This document shows positions 40,505 through 54,421 of a stretch of DNA of 64,000 nucleotides, piece by piece. Below the pieces are notes generated by a model. That model saw only the letters and a list, made by a program, of their open reading frames with translations, was not told the origin of the DNA and did not search any database. Position numbers and translations under genes: made by a program. This DNA comes from Octopus sinensis (lineage: Eukaryota): the NCBI RefSeq assembly GCF_006345805.1, contig NC_043002.1:103664001-103728000 (forward strand), given 5' to 3'. Every line of letters begins with the position of its first letter. Within the stretch, counting starts at the first letter, position 1.

Positions 40505-41185
40505 AGGGATCACCTTTGGCGAACCGCTAAGTTATTTATTCGATCTCTGTGGAAACGCCAATGTATCTTATCGATCTCCTTTGACAAAACGCTAAGGTAT
40601 TTCATCGATCTCCTTTGGGGAACCGCTCAGTTATTTTATCGATCACGTTCGGCAAACCGTAAGTTATTTTATCGATCTCATTTAACGAACAGCTAAGTAA
40701 TTTTATGGATCACATTTGGCGAACTGCTAGGTCATTTTACCGATCTGTTTTGCCGAAACGCTACATTATTTTATCGATTCCGTTGGTGAACCGCTATGTT
40801 ATTTTATCAAACGCGATTGGTGAACCGCCAGCTTACTTTATCGATTTCCTTTGGCAAAGTGCTAATTAATTTTCTCGATCTCCTTTGGCGATATACTATG
40901 TTATCTTATCGATCTCCTTTGGAGCTTCGCTAGCTTCTTTTATTGATAACTTTTGGTGAACCGCTAAGTTATTTTATCGATATCATTTTGCGAACTGCTA
41001 GGTTATTTTATCGATCACGTTTGGCAAACCGCGGAGTTATTTTATCGGTCATGTTTGGCGAACCGCTAAGTTATTTTATCGATCCCATGTGCCAAACCGC
41101 TAAGTTATTTCATCAATCACCTTTGGCAAACCGATATGTCATTTTATCGATCTTGATTGGCGAGCAGCTATGCTATGTTATCGAA
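40505..41185. repeat. 34-bp minisatellite, about 20 diverged units
   Basis: approximate consensus GTTATTTTATCGATCTCCTTTGGCGAACCGCTAA; TCGATC recurs at 31-34 bp spacing. Confidence 0.9.
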
Positions 41186-41664
41186 TGAGAATAAAGGCAA
41201 ACAATGGTGATTCTTACATTATAGTAGATTTCTCAGTTGCTAATTCTACTGCGAGGTGGATGAAGGATGTAGATTAAACAGGGCTAAGTAACTATGTCTG
41301 GGAGTTTCAATAATTTGTGCACATTTTGAAAAACTACCCTCACTCTACTCCACTTTCAGTCCTCAAAGCCATGAGGAGAGATATATTTGTGAACTGCTGA
41401 CATCTCAGCCGGGAGGAATTAATCATATTTATACTAAACTTTTGACTGAATAATTTTTTCTCCAACTCTTTTTTTTCTTCTTGTTTTCTTGTTTTTCTTC
41501 CAGCTATTTTCTCTCCATCTTCTTCTTGCCTATAATTTAAACTACGGTTTCCCTGCTGAATTATCTGCTACCGTATACCTTTTATCAATGACTGTATCTA
41601 CACAGGTAATCATCAGGAGCGCCTCCGGATTGAACCATCCTTCAGAAGTTGCAAACACTTCTAA

Positions 41665-41705
<41 letters not shown>

Positions 41706-42184
41706 AATCAAAAATAAGGGTGAAAAAATTGGATATTAATTTGATAATACCATCAAGTTAACACCAAGTGGCTTAGCGCATAAAAAACAGGGATACAATA
41801 AAAATTTATACACAAATATAAGAGAGGGTCCACTATGTGGTCGACTCTTGCGCTAAAAATAGATCCGCTATGGTCTCAACCACCGAGAATTGCTTCCAAG
41901 GGGAATTAGTACAACTATGAACGTAAACGAGAAGGGCAAATGAAAAATAACAAAAATGTAGATTAAATCTAGACAATTTTTTCGCTATTAATGAATTATG
42001 CAAATTTTACTTACATAATATGTCCATAGCACATCAGTAGAATTTGTCTTAAATACAATTTACTAAACCGCACGCCAGATTTTAACATAACGTCAAACAC
42101 ACGTGTGGTTTAGTCGATTATATTCGCAGTTATGATTCGAATGCCCTCGCTATAGCGCGCCAAACATTCCCGGAAACAAATACT

Positions 42185-42222
<38 letters not shown>

Positions 42223-42224
42223 TA

Positions 42225-42380
42225 ATGTAGGATAACATTTTTTCGAAAAATATTTTTGTCAATGGCCAGCATATTAAAAAATACCTTTAAAGGTTAAATT
42301 TAGAAATAATTTATAAAATAAGGGCAAAAGAAAAATTGTAATACCAAATATATTTTGAATTTTTCTTTTCCCCGTATTTT
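42225..42380. repeat. Unclassified interspersed repeat, copy 2 of 18129-18300
   Basis: see the 18129 entry. Confidence 0.75.
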
Positions 42381-43878
42381 ATAAGTTATATATATATATA
42401 CGTATATATATGTGTGTGTGTGTGTGTGTGCGTGTGTCTGCGTGTGTGTGTATCATACCAAAAATCGTGCATGACATAACATTTTATTTAAGGATTATTA
42501 TTTGTTCAAAGGTTCAAATATTAGTAATCGATAAAACTATTACTAATACTAAAAATTGGAAGCGATATAATCGATTATAAAACCTTTGATGATGGTGATC
42601 CATCATGGCTACACCTTTCTCATTGTCAAGCGCAAAAATTATTTCAAATTGAACTTTACCCTAACTCATTCTTTTAGCATTTATGCACCATTTAAAAACC
42701 TCTACGGACATTCTGATTGCATGTGATGCATGGTATTGTGGTATATGTTTAGCCCAAGGCAACCATGGACTTAAACTCTCGTGATGAAATATGATCCTGC
42801 TGTAACAATCAGTGCAGTAAAATCAGAAGTATATTATTTCCATGTGTTCAAACTTGAAGACAATGGAGCCTGCTGTTAGGGATATAGTTTGCAAGTGTGG
42901 TTGGCGATTAGACACATTCACTCCGTCGATGTATAGGGTATGTTGATATTGTTGCTGCTGTTGTTGATTCCATTGAGTTCAAAATCAAATCTATCAGACT
43001 AGAGTATTATTATTACGAATAAACTCATTTTCATTCTTCATCCTTTCAGAGAGTTTTCTGTCTAAGTAGTAAACCCTTCCATTTTTATGATTGAGGAGTA
43101 TTTTTCGGAGGCAAATCTGCTACAACTCACAGATGAAGAAGAAGCGATAGGGCTTCAGACTGATGCGTTGATAGCATGTGACCTTGTAATTATGGAACTT
43201 TTAATATTTGTGCTAAAGTGAGGAACAATCTCTTTGTATCAAGTTACTTTGAGAAAATGCTTTATTTGAAGAAAAGCATTCCTTCGCATTCAAAGAAGTC
43301 AGACATTGCTCACATTCTTAGAATTACATTGTCGGGTTCGATATTTCTGATGGTCTGCTGACTAAAATATGATTGCCAGTCATGCTATTATTATTACGAA
43401 CGACTTGACAAATGGCTCATGAATTGATTGCTGGAGAATTTATGGGACAAATAAAATCGATCCAGAAAAAGGAGAAGAAATAGTGAGAGGGAAAACGAGA
43501 AGTCGAAAAGAGAGAAGATATATAGAGAGATCAGAGAATGAGAAGAAGAGACAAGGATAAACGATAGAAAGAGAGAGGGTGTGAATGAAGGTCAGGGCCA
43601 GAGAGGAATTACATAGCAATGAGTGGAATGAGCAAAAATAAAAAGGAAGAGAATGAGAGAGAGAGTGAGAGAGAGAAGGAAATAGAGAGAGGAGAGGGAG
43701 AAAGGGGTGAAAGAGGAAATAAATACAGGAACTGAGAAACGGGAGGCAATAACAAGCTAAAGAGGAGAATTATACATATATTTAAATATGTATATACAAT
43801 GTGTGTATGTGTGTATGTGGATGAAAGTATGTGTGTGCACGCAAGCAATCAAATAACGCAAATACCAACATAGATAAA

Positions 43879-43917
<39 letters not shown>

Positions 43918-43939
43918 TTATATGATGCTGTATACCATA

Positions 43940-44100
43940 CTTTAATCAATGAAATTCCAACATCGTGTGATTTTCACCTTGTATTAATTGCAATTTTTGC
44001 AATTCTATACTGTTTCAATGTGGAAATTAAATAGTATTTTCATGCGTTATGCAGTCATCAGGTTTATATATTTGGAATTTCATTGATTAATATATAAAAA
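43940..44100 (-). mobile_element. Solo PLE pLTR-end fragment related to 49615-49800
   Basis: AATTCCAAC..GTGTGATTTTCACCTTGTATT matches AATTCCAAC..GTCTGATTTTCACGTTTTATT at ~49626; carries a hammerhead motif. Confidence 0.6.
44028..44066 (-). ncRNA. Minimal hammerhead motif with intact CUGAUGA/GAAA
   Basis: TAAAC-CTGATGA-C-TGC-ataac-GCA-T-GAAA-ATACT-A-TTTA; stem III is one change away from the AGTACT palindrome of the 49747 motif. Confidence 0.55.
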
Positions 44101-44190
44101 CGAAAGCTTGCAAGGTACGTGTTTAAAAGAGATTGGCTTTTTTTTAATCCTCTGTCCTACATATACGTATATATATATATATATAAATAT

Positions 44191-44333
44191 AGTATAACAG
44201 CCAACACAATATGGCTAACTAATGGGGTGGGTATTACTGTAGCTTTTAGCCCCAGGAGAACATCGTCCTGGGGTTAAAAGCTACAGTAACACCCACCCTT
44301 TGTGGTTAGCCATATTGAGATGGCTATTATACT
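44191..44333. repeat. Fold-back inverted repeat (arms 67/68 bp, 8-nt loop)
   Basis: ...GGGTATTACTGTAGCTTTTAGCCCCAGGA-gaacatcg-TCCTGGGGTTAAAAGCTACAGTAACACCC...; an unfolded relative lies at 54470-54635. Confidence 0.9.
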
Positions 44334-44400
44334 TTACGTTGTCGAGCGGTTACTGTTTACATCTCGTTCAGAGATTTATTATTGCTATATATATATTTAT

Positions 44401-44461
<61 letters not shown>

Positions 44462-44581
44462 GTGTGTATGTATGTATGTATGTATATATATGTTGGTATT
44501 TATAAATATATACATATATATATATATATATATGTGCATGTATGGTTCGATCTATCCATCTGTATATGTACATGTATGTAA

Positions 44582-44773
44582 ACCTATTATATAAAATCCG
44601 TTCTGTGTGTCTGTGTGTGTGTGTCTTCTGGGATCTCGGACATCCCCCATCCGATTGCGCTCAAATTCCATAAGTAAATACCGACGGTATCAGGGCATGT
44701 ATAGATCTTGAAAAAATTACAAAAATAGATTCCAGGTGAGAATGCGATCGATAAAGCCAAGGGACCGTGCAAG
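44582..44773 (+). mobile_element. Short Helitron-like non-autonomous element
   Basis: ACCTATTATATAAAATCCGTTCTG(TGTC/TG)n start, ends GTG-CAAG^T (CTAG variant); both termini imperfect. Confidence 0.45.
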
Positions 44774-45122
44774 TACTTCGGCTGTTGCTTTCGATACTAA
44801 GCGTACGCGAGCAAAATGCACGTGCAGTTTTCGCAAAAAAGCCGTCTGACTTGAAATCATGACACAAAATGCAGTATATTTAAGAGTACAAAAATGTAAG
44901 ATGCAAAAGAGATATTTTATGCAAAATTGGCATTGAGGAAAGCACGATTCTTTGCTTTCTCAAGAAGATTTTTTTTTTTTGCTTTAACTGTCATTAACAA
45001 AACCAGAAATTTTTTTGAAATAAAGGCATGCTTAATTATTTTTTAATGAAAAGAGAACGCTGTTTGTTTTTTTTTCAGCATATATGATTCAGCACCGTCC
45101 AGTGGATGCGGGTGTTTTGCTC

Positions 45123-45197
<75 letters not shown>

Positions 45198-45384
45198 ATG
45201 TATGTATGTATACATACGCACAACTATATTTTCAAACATACATACATAATATATATATAATATATATATTTATATACATATATATATATATATATATACA
45301 TACATACATACATAAATACATACATACATATATATATTGATATAGAGATAGATAGATAGATGGCATGCACTACTCTCTTACTCA

Positions 45385-45406
45385 TAATAATATAATAATA
45401 ATAATA

Positions 45407-45440
<34 letters not shown>

Positions 45441-45492
45441 TATTATTATTATATTATTATTATTGTTATCGTGATTATTATTATTATTATTA

Positions 45493-45536
<44 letters not shown>

Positions 45537-45550
45537 TATTATTATTATTA

Positions 45551-45608
<58 letters not shown>

Positions 45609-45622
45609 GATTATTATTATTA
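45385..45622. repeat. (AAT)/(TTA)n microsatellite
   Basis: direct reading. Confidence 0.95.
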
Positions 45623-46160
45623 TAAGGAATGGTATAAAATGGAATTGAGAATTATTTAAGAATCATCCCTAGATCACCACCCATGCAGGAAGTGCAAATT
45701 ATGAACTTGAATACTATGTCACACTTACCCAAACCCAGAATAGCAATGTCGCTGTCGATTTTATTTTTTCCCTTTTAACTTCTTTAAATAGTTTTTATAT
45801 AGAAATATATTTTGCATTTTTCTCAGTGTCTTTCTACATGTTTTTGTGCATCACATGATTTTGTAAATAAACAATCTGGTGTGTTTATTTTGATGGCGGA
45901 CGAATGTATCGAGTGAATTTCTCTGAACTAGGTGTCTGGACGTCACTCGGGAATAAATGGAAAAAACATTGAGAGATTTTGTTAATAAAAAATTATGATA
46001 ATAAGAATAGTATAATAATAACAGCAACAATAGCAATGTTGATGAAGATTATCTTGATAGCAATAATTATACATACATAGACTGACAGATAGATAGAAAT
46101 ACAAACAGATTGATGTATATTTGTCTCTCTCTCTATTTCTCTCTCCCCGTATTATATATA

Positions 46161-46221
<61 letters not shown>

Positions 46222-46637
46222 TATATAACTTCGAAACGTGAATTAGATGAAACAGGGACAACTGAAGCAGGGGAATAATATTTATGTTGTATGTCTCGTT
46301 TCTCAGCTTTTTCATTGCTTGAAAAATGTTCGTTTCTATGTTTTTGCTTTTATGTTTTCATCTCTTATTGTGTTAAACGTTTTCTGGATGTCCTGCACTC
46401 ATATATGCATGTATGTATATACATATATATGTATATATGCATATATTTATATTATATATATATATACACGCGATCGCAAAATTGTAATCATATCTACATA
46501 TCGTATTAGTGTAAGGGTCGTTCACGTGCCATCAAAAATGTTCACGAAATATCAAGAAAAACAAATACCTTCCAGGAGTAACCATTTGATTATTCGGATA
46601 GATTGACTGATGGAAATTTAATTATATATCCCGTAAT

Positions 46638-46687
<50 letters not shown>

Positions 46688-46798
46688 CATGTATTTTAAT
46701 AATACATATTCTGCTTGCTATATTCTACAACATGCAAGTGTCGAGTACATATGTCCACTTGCACAAAAATACATACGAAAAATATGTGTATATATATA

Positions 46799-46848
<50 letters not shown>

Positions 46849-47058
46849 AATATATATTGTATGTATGTATATATATATATATATAATATATATTATAATA
46901 TATATATAATATATATAAATATATGTGTATATATATATGTATGTATGTATATATATCTATATGTATAAATATATACATATGCATTCATATAGATATATAT
47001 GTATATATATATATATATTTATATATATATGCATATATATGTGCGTGCATGTGCGTAA

Positions 47059-47117
<59 letters not shown>

Positions 47118-47790
47118 TATAGATAGATAGATAGACAGACAGACTGACTGACAGATAGATTCCTATGAATGTCTATATGCATGGGCGTCATCGTACATGC
47201 AGATATGTATGTATGTCTGTGAACGGATATTGACACAAGAAAATTGATATTAATATGAAACTGGGAGTGAGGACAAAGTTTTACATGTGCCCTCACCTCT
47301 GCCTTAGGTATAAACAAGTGAATTGAATAGAAAATAATTGGTTGTCTCTGAAGAGATAGCCATGAATTTCTAATAATATAGCACTTAATATTTAGCTTTG
47401 CATTTAGTGACTGCCACATTTCCAAAGGGGATATCACCAGCAACATGATTAAGCTGGTGCATAAATATCTAAACGTAAGTATATAGTTAAATATATATAT
47501 ACAGGTACACACTACATACATATGTATCAATATATAAATATATAGATATCTATATTATTTACTTTAATATATATATATATATATATTATACATATATATA
47601 AAAAGTTTGTGTGGGTGTGCGTGTAGTTGGATAGATATACTGATGTACAAACAGATATTTAAGGAGAGATATAGATCTATATTCATATACATAGGAATAT
47701 ACATGTAATATATATAAATTTTGTTATTATGGGTGTGTGGATATGTGTATCATTATACCTGCATGCAAACGATATACATGTTTACATGCT

Positions 47791-47829
<39 letters not shown>

Positions 47830-47839
47830 TATATACATG

Positions 47840-47882
<43 letters not shown>

Positions 47883-48346
47883 CATGCATGTATATATACA
47901 TATATATGCACACATTTACACACACATATATATATATATCTATATTATATACAATTACATACGCATATATACACATACATGTACATAAATATTTATTCAT
48001 ATATATACGTATATATACTTACACACATTTTATGTACTAATTCATATATGCATGTTAATGCGAATTTTCGAAAGTTTTGTTTTGTGTATAGGAGTGTGTG
48101 GTTGTATCTGAAGATAGTAATCGCGCAGCCTGATCTGGTTCATTGTCACGTCCTGTATGGCGCACGAAATTGTTATTTATCCACGTTTGTTACTATATAT
48201 ATTATATATATATATTATATATTATATTAATATATATATATATATATATACTTATATATACATTTATATATATATGTATATGTATAATATATAAAATATA
48301 ATATATATATATAATATATATATAATATATATATATACATACTATA

Positions 48347-48389
<43 letters not shown>

Positions 48390-48944
48390 GTACGTACTTA
48401 AGTTTCTCTACATGTATGTATATGTGCGTACGTTTATATGTATTCTTTATCTATACGTGTATTTGTATGGTATACGTTCGTCTGTGTGTGTGTGTATTTG
48501 AGTGCTATCTGTTATTATCTAGAAGCTATTATTTCGTAAATTATTTCACAAACCAGTTCATTGTCCTTCGAATCAAGGCTGCACTTAAAGACCAGCAAGT
48601 TAAAATTGATATTATATTCCATACGAAAGTGAATTAAATTTTGCGGAATTAATTCTATATTTCTGGAAATGTTCTGCCAGTTTATGATTATCAGTATGAA
48701 TCAAAACCATATATATTTATTTTCTCCCACATGTAACCTCCTCTAATATAAAATCCTGATTTTGTCGCTGTATGACTTTCAGTGGGATCTTCTGACTTCT
48801 ATGGTTAAAGATTTCTCGGGAATAGTTTAAGGCATTTGCTTTTGACCATTTCATCATACTACTTGCTCTTAGTTAAGCATCTTCTCATGCGAAATCTTGG
48901 CTGATTTCTCTTTTGGTTCTCACTAAAGCATTTCGATATTACCT

Positions 48945-49240
48945 GGACGTAAAGTTGTGAGTTCGATTCTCGGACCGGGCTGTGTGTGTTCTTGAGCAGG
49001 ACCCTTTATTCCACCTTGTTCCAATTCACTCAGCTGAAGAAATGAATTATGACATCAATGGTGCTAAGCTGTATCGGCTTTTGCCTTTCTCTTGGATAAC
49101 ATCAGTAGCGTGCAGAGGGGAAGCTGGTATGCATGGGCGACTGCTAGCCTTCCACACGCAATCTTGCCGGGACTTGTGCCTGGGAGGGCAACTTTCTAGG
49201 TGCAATCCTATGGTTATTCATACCGAAGGGGGGGTCTCCT
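48945..49240 (+). mobile_element. 5'-truncated tRNA-derived SINE (family E, shares head and core with family A)
   Basis: GTGAGTTCGATTCTCGG..TTCTTGAGCAGG..CACTCAGCTG; 3' part colinear with 60340-60476. Confidence 0.8.
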
Positions 49241-49530
49241 CCTCCTACTCTCCTTAATTATTTATATAATATTATGTTATATATTATGTTCATAATATTT
49301 CATGTAATATTGCAATATAAATAAATTGTTGAATAATCAATAGTATTTCTCTATTTAATTTATCTCTATTATTGTATTGTACCTATATTTATATGGTATC
49401 CAACTGACGTACCAGTGAATTGAATGTTTTACACATCCCTTTGAAGGATTTCTTTTCCTCAGTTTCTTACCTTATAAATGTATGTAGGTATGTGTGTATA
49501 TATATGTATATATGTATGTATATATATTTG

Positions 49531-49563
<33 letters not shown>

Positions 49564-49746
49564 TATATAGAATATATATATATGGGTGTGTGTGATTGTG
49601 TATAGAAGAATATATTAATAAAAAGAATTCCAACCTTGTCTGATTTTCACGTTTTATTACAATCTTATAATGATATATTATAAGATAATATATTATAATT
49701 GAATAAAATAAAATGAAATAGTAGAATGTTAAATATTCATTCTGAT

Positions 49747-49791
49747 TGAACTAGTACTTTCATGCATTGAATTCTGCAATCTTCGGGTTCA
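49747..49791 (-). ncRNA. Minimal type-I hammerhead ribozyme in the PLE pLTR
   Basis: TGAAC-CCGAAGA-T-TGCA-gaattcaa-TGCA-T-GAAA-GTACT-A-GTTCA: perfect 5-bp stem I, 4-bp stem II, AGTACT palindrome, CUA cleavage triplet; only U4>C in the core. Confidence 0.7.
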
Positions 49792-50290
49792 TGTAGTAGT
49801 GTTGACAGTCATGCTTCACAATTTTTGACTGTAGCAAGATGATTGATTCTGTGCTATAAATACAGCTGGGTAGGCTCCAGAGTGCTAGGTTTTGCAAACT
49901 GTATTCTGACCAATCAGTGTGTAGTATCACTCAATTACTTAAGCTGATTGGTTGGTTGAGCTGATTGGTTTAGGCATCACGCTTTGTTGGACATGTCAAG
50001 AGTCCTGTATCTTGACCCTGGCCGAAGCAGCAATTGTTGGGTTATTTTTAGAAATGTTGTAAATATCCTTTGTCAGAGATTTTTATATTTTATATTTCAA
50101 TTGTCATCATCATCATTGTCAGCACCTTAATTATTGTTGCTAGTGGTGATGGTGGTGGCAATAGAACTTTTAACCCTAAATAAGATAATTTTCCTGCTAT
50201 CTTCGTCTTGATCACCTTTAGTATTGTTGTTGTTGTTAGTGGTCATGGTCGTAGCAGTGGAAGTAATACCTCTAAGTATTATTATTATTA

Positions 50291-51064
50291 TTATTGCTTA
50301 TTTAGCTTGGGTTCGAATTTATCAATAAAATTCTTTTCTCTGATTTTCCTCCTCTCGATTTCACTTGGGCTGTGTAATTTGTAGAATGGAAATATTATAT
50401 ATATTTTCCGACCACATGTTGCTAGGTGGTTACTCAAAGGTATCTGACGGACCTCTGGGTCTCTCATCTGTTGCCGGTGTACACGTGAGCGTTCTAATAG
50501 TGCGTTTCCCGTCTGACCTACATATATTTCTTCACAATTTGGGCATTTGATGCAGTAAATTAAATTTCTGCTTTTGCAGTTCATATTCGCGTTTGTGAAT
50601 ATTTTCCCGGTTTTTGTGTTTATATATTGACCGGTATGTATGAATTGGCATGTGCCACATCGGCTATCATTGCATTTAGATACCGTGAATGTTTGGTCTT
50701 TGTTGCTGAGGTCAAATTTTGCCTTTGTTAGTAATGTTTTCAAGTTTTTAGGCTGTCTTTTACTAAGCACCATAGCTCGATCCGTGATTATGTCTTTTAA
50801 TTCATTACTTTGGGCAATGATTGGTAGGTTTGCTTTGGCAATGTTGAAGATATTCTGGTGACATGGGTTGTGTGTCACTATGAATGGTATGACTTGTTCT
50901 TGTTTTCCTCTTCCTTGGGTTGTCCTAAGTTGTTGTATAGGTATTTTTATAGCCCGCTGTATGCCATTTTCTATAAGTAGAGATGGGTATTTTTGTTTGA
51001 GCAAAAATTCTCTTAGTTCTATTAGGCGTTTGTTCCTGATATTTGCATCTTCTACAATAACTGT
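50291..51064 (-). CDS. Penelope-like element ORF: RT thumb/linker + GIY-YIG endonuclease (5'-truncated)
   Basis: TVIVEDANIRNKRLIELREFLLKQKYP..PFIVTHNP..KRQPKNLKTLLTKAK..CNDSRCGTC..NCKSRNLIYCIKCPNCEEIYVGQTGNALLERSRVHR..IREKNFIDKFEPKLN; frame is open 20 codons upstream of the called start. Confidence 0.9.
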   Translation of the reverse strand, partial: TVIVEDANIRNKRLIELREFLLKQKYPSLLIENGIQRAIKIPIQQLRTTQGRGKQEQVIPFIVTHNPCHQNIFNIAKANLPIIAQSNELKDIITDRAMVLSKRQPKNLKTLLTKAKFDLSNKDQTFTVSKCNDSRCGTCQFIHTGQYINTKTGKIFTNANMNCKSRNLIYCIKCPNCEEIYVGQTGNALLERSRVHRQQMRDPEVRQIPLSNHLATCGRKIYIIFPFYKLHSPSEIERRKIREKNFIDKFEPKLNKQ

Positions 51065-51750
51065 ATGAGATGCGGCAGAAATTTTCTACATGGCCTATAA
51101 TTAAGAACGCTTGACAGAAAGATGTATGATTCGCCTAGGGTCTTCTCTTCACGAAATACAGTCATGTGGTCAACCCCTGTAGAAGGAAATTGAACCGAAC
51201 TTGCATATAATTGCACCTGTTCTAAATCATGGCTCTCGGATGGAGAACTTTGCTATTCACCTTGCTGAGATGACATCTAATGGTGATATTACCTTCTAAT
51301 ATCAATGTGTATGCTTTTTTTTTTCTATGTATATAACGACGATCTAATAGCTTCCATTGGGCAAGATGGACAAGTGAGAACACATTCAGGAAATAACACG
51401 TATCACCTCTAAAGGTTATCCTTTAACGTAACCATATATACCAACATTATTCAGTGCCAATCCTGTTAAGAAATGATACATGAAACAAGCGTACCCAACG
51501 TCTGCTCTAATGACGCAACTTATCACACGCCTGAAAAAATACAACGAGATTTCTCCAGCACAGAAATGCTTATATTTTACTCTTTACACATATAATGAAG
51601 TAAATAAAAGTGTGAAGCAGTGGAAGAAATACGGTTAGGTTCATTCTATAGTTCATCAAATATATTATATGCTACGATTAAAACAAAACCAAAAGTTAGT
51701 TCCATTCCCTTGTAGCAGGATATTTTTGTACAGAGCACGAAATTCATAAA

Positions 51751-52144
51751 TCCCTCTATATCTAAAGCTGAAGTTATCTGTGTATGGCAGGTTTGATAGC
51801 CTTCAACTAACACTATCTCCTCCGAGACTCTGCGGCGCAAGTTGACCAAAATTGAGATTAGATAGAAAAAGGCTTGTTCTTCCTTCCGTAGAAGAAAAAG
51901 TTAAAATCGGACCATGTTAAGACCAAAAATTATTTACAACAAAAAGATGCTTTTTTTCTATGAAAATCGACTATTTTTAATGATTTTTGACTGCTGTGTC
52001 GCCATTTATCGGTGTATTTCAGTGTATTAAGAGAATATCTGTGTATTTCAGTTATTAAGTGAATAATGCAAAATGTTTACTTTTCAAAACTTCCAATTCT
52101 AAAGGGTCGAAACAAACTCGAGCAACGCCGGGCGATACTGCAAG
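51751..52144 (+). mobile_element. Non-autonomous Helitron (394 bp)
   Basis: A^TCCCTCTATATCTAAAGCTG start; end CAAACTCGAGCAACGCCGGGCGATACTG-CAAG^T nearly identical to the 3' terminus of the 10312 Helitron. Confidence 0.75.
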
Positions 52145-53158
52145 TAATTCAATAAGAACAATCTCACCACAACTCATTCTTTAACTAATATCATATCGTA
52201 ATATTAACGTAGTTTTCTTAAACTCTAAGATTTCTATGGCGGTTTCTGCGGCGTATAAATGGCCGAGCCACATTACTTCTGAATGGAACGCCGCTCCATT
52301 GCTGGGTGGAAGGTCAGGAATTTTGTGAGGAGGAACAATTATATTGATCCCAGTATTTGAAGTGATTGATAAAAGTGACCGATCGGATAAGCACCAGTCA
52401 TCGATAATAATCAAACCACATGAGAGGCATGGCTTAGTCATGAATTGTAAATGTTGGAAATTAGACAATAATTTCTTTTAAATACCTTCATTTTAATATT
52501 GCAATCTATGTATTGGTTGCCTCTCTTCGCTGATGCGCTGTATATTCGATCTCCTGTATTGTACCTTTAAAACCATGAAACGATAATGACGCTAATGAAA
52601 TCTCAGCAATTGAAGATTAAAACGAAGGGGCGCAATCAGATAGTTCCAACACCAGCACCATCACCACCATCACCACCACCACCACTACAGTCATACTGGT
52701 TTGATTGAAATGTGCAACGTATATGCAGATGAATCGCTTGCACAAGTATTCTGCAATTACTTGCATTGCGTGATGTCATAAAAAGATTTTTAAAGAGACA
52801 TTTTAATAATATAAAACGAGAAGAAATGTCCAGATGAGACGTGAACGATGCAATTTTGTATTAATAACGAAAGCTCTGATGACGGTCTTCATAATTAGGT
52901 TATTCCATTGAACACTCTCGCTAAAGATTCTGGGAAGGATAGAGGGCGGAGAGGTTGGGAAATTGTGAGAAATGATCAAATAGAAAATTTTAGGACAGAG
53001 ACAATGGATGAATGCAAGGTTCTCATTAAAGAGACAACTCTAAAATATGAAATGAGTTAAGAGGATTGTTTTAAGTGAACACCGAGTCTTCGCTGGTGGC
53101 TCAAAATATTAAGGAAGCAACATCGATTTATTATTGTTATCAGTGTTCGTTTCGTTAC

Positions 53159-53220
<62 letters not shown>

Positions 53221-53221
<1 letters not shown>

Positions 53222-53684
53222 CATTTTTATTGATTTTATTTTACCGTTACTATTGCAATTAGTATTATCCTATTGATTCTTTCATCATCATAATCCTGAT
53301 CATTATAATTATCATCAGCATCATCATCATCGTTATCGTCATTGTCATCGTTATCGCTGTCGTTGTTGTCGTAGTACCCGTGACCCCCGCCGTCGTTACT
53401 GATACTACTACTACTACTACTACTAGTACGACTAATTTGGCGATAGTCTTAAATGCCTTGAGGTTTTCTTCCGAGTCTTTACGTCATACGTTCAGACTCT
53501 ACTGATTCTAACCCTCTTGTTCATCCCACCAGGCTTCATAAAATAAGTTACCATTTAAATACCAGTTTGCATTCTAGTGACTAAAACATGTTACCTCAAA
53601 GTTGTTGGCCTTTTGTTAAAACTGAATAGAATTATTATTATTATTATTATTAACATTACCGTTATTATTATTATCATTAATATT

Positions 53685-53735
<51 letters not shown>

Positions 53736-53780
53736 GTTGTTGTTGTTGTTGTGTTGTTGTTATTATTGTTGTTGTTGTTG

Positions 53781-53851
<71 letters not shown>

Positions 53852-54327
53852 TATTATTATTATTATCATTTTTATTGATTTTATTTTACCGTTACTATTG
53901 CAATTAGTATTATCCTATTGATTCTTTCATCATCATAATCCTGATCATTATAATTATCATCAGCATCATCATCATCGTTATCGTCATTGTCATCGTTATC
54001 GCTGTCGTTGTTGTCGTAGTACCCGTGACCCCCGCCGTCGTTACTGATACTACTACTACTACTACTACTAGTACGACTAATTTGGCGATAGTCTTAAATG
54101 CCTTGAGGTTTTCTTCCGAGTCTTTACGTCATACGTTCAGACTCTACTGATTCTAACCCTCTTGTTCATCCCACCAGCTTCATAAAATAAGTTACCATTT
54201 AAATACCAGTTTGCATTCTAGTGACTAAAACATGTTACCTCAAAGTTGTTGGCCTTTTGTTAAAACTGAATAGAATTATTATATTATTATTATTAACATT
54301 ACCGTTATTATTATTATCATTAATATT

Positions 54328-54378
<51 letters not shown>

Positions 54379-54421
54379 GTTGTTGTTGTTGTTGTTGTTG
54401 TTATTATTGTTGTTGTTGTTG

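Larger units (their letters stand above)
49615..51066 (-). mobile_element. 5'-truncated Penelope-like element (RT C-terminus + GIY-YIG ORF + pLTR)
   Basis: ORF 50291-51064; downstream ~49615-50060 holds CCAAT boxes, a TATA-like motif, a hammerhead and AATAAA. Confidence 0.85.

Noticed and set aside
40505-41185. CRISPR-like periodicity
   Set aside because: Contiguous tandem units without unique spacers, no cas genes, eukaryotic context.
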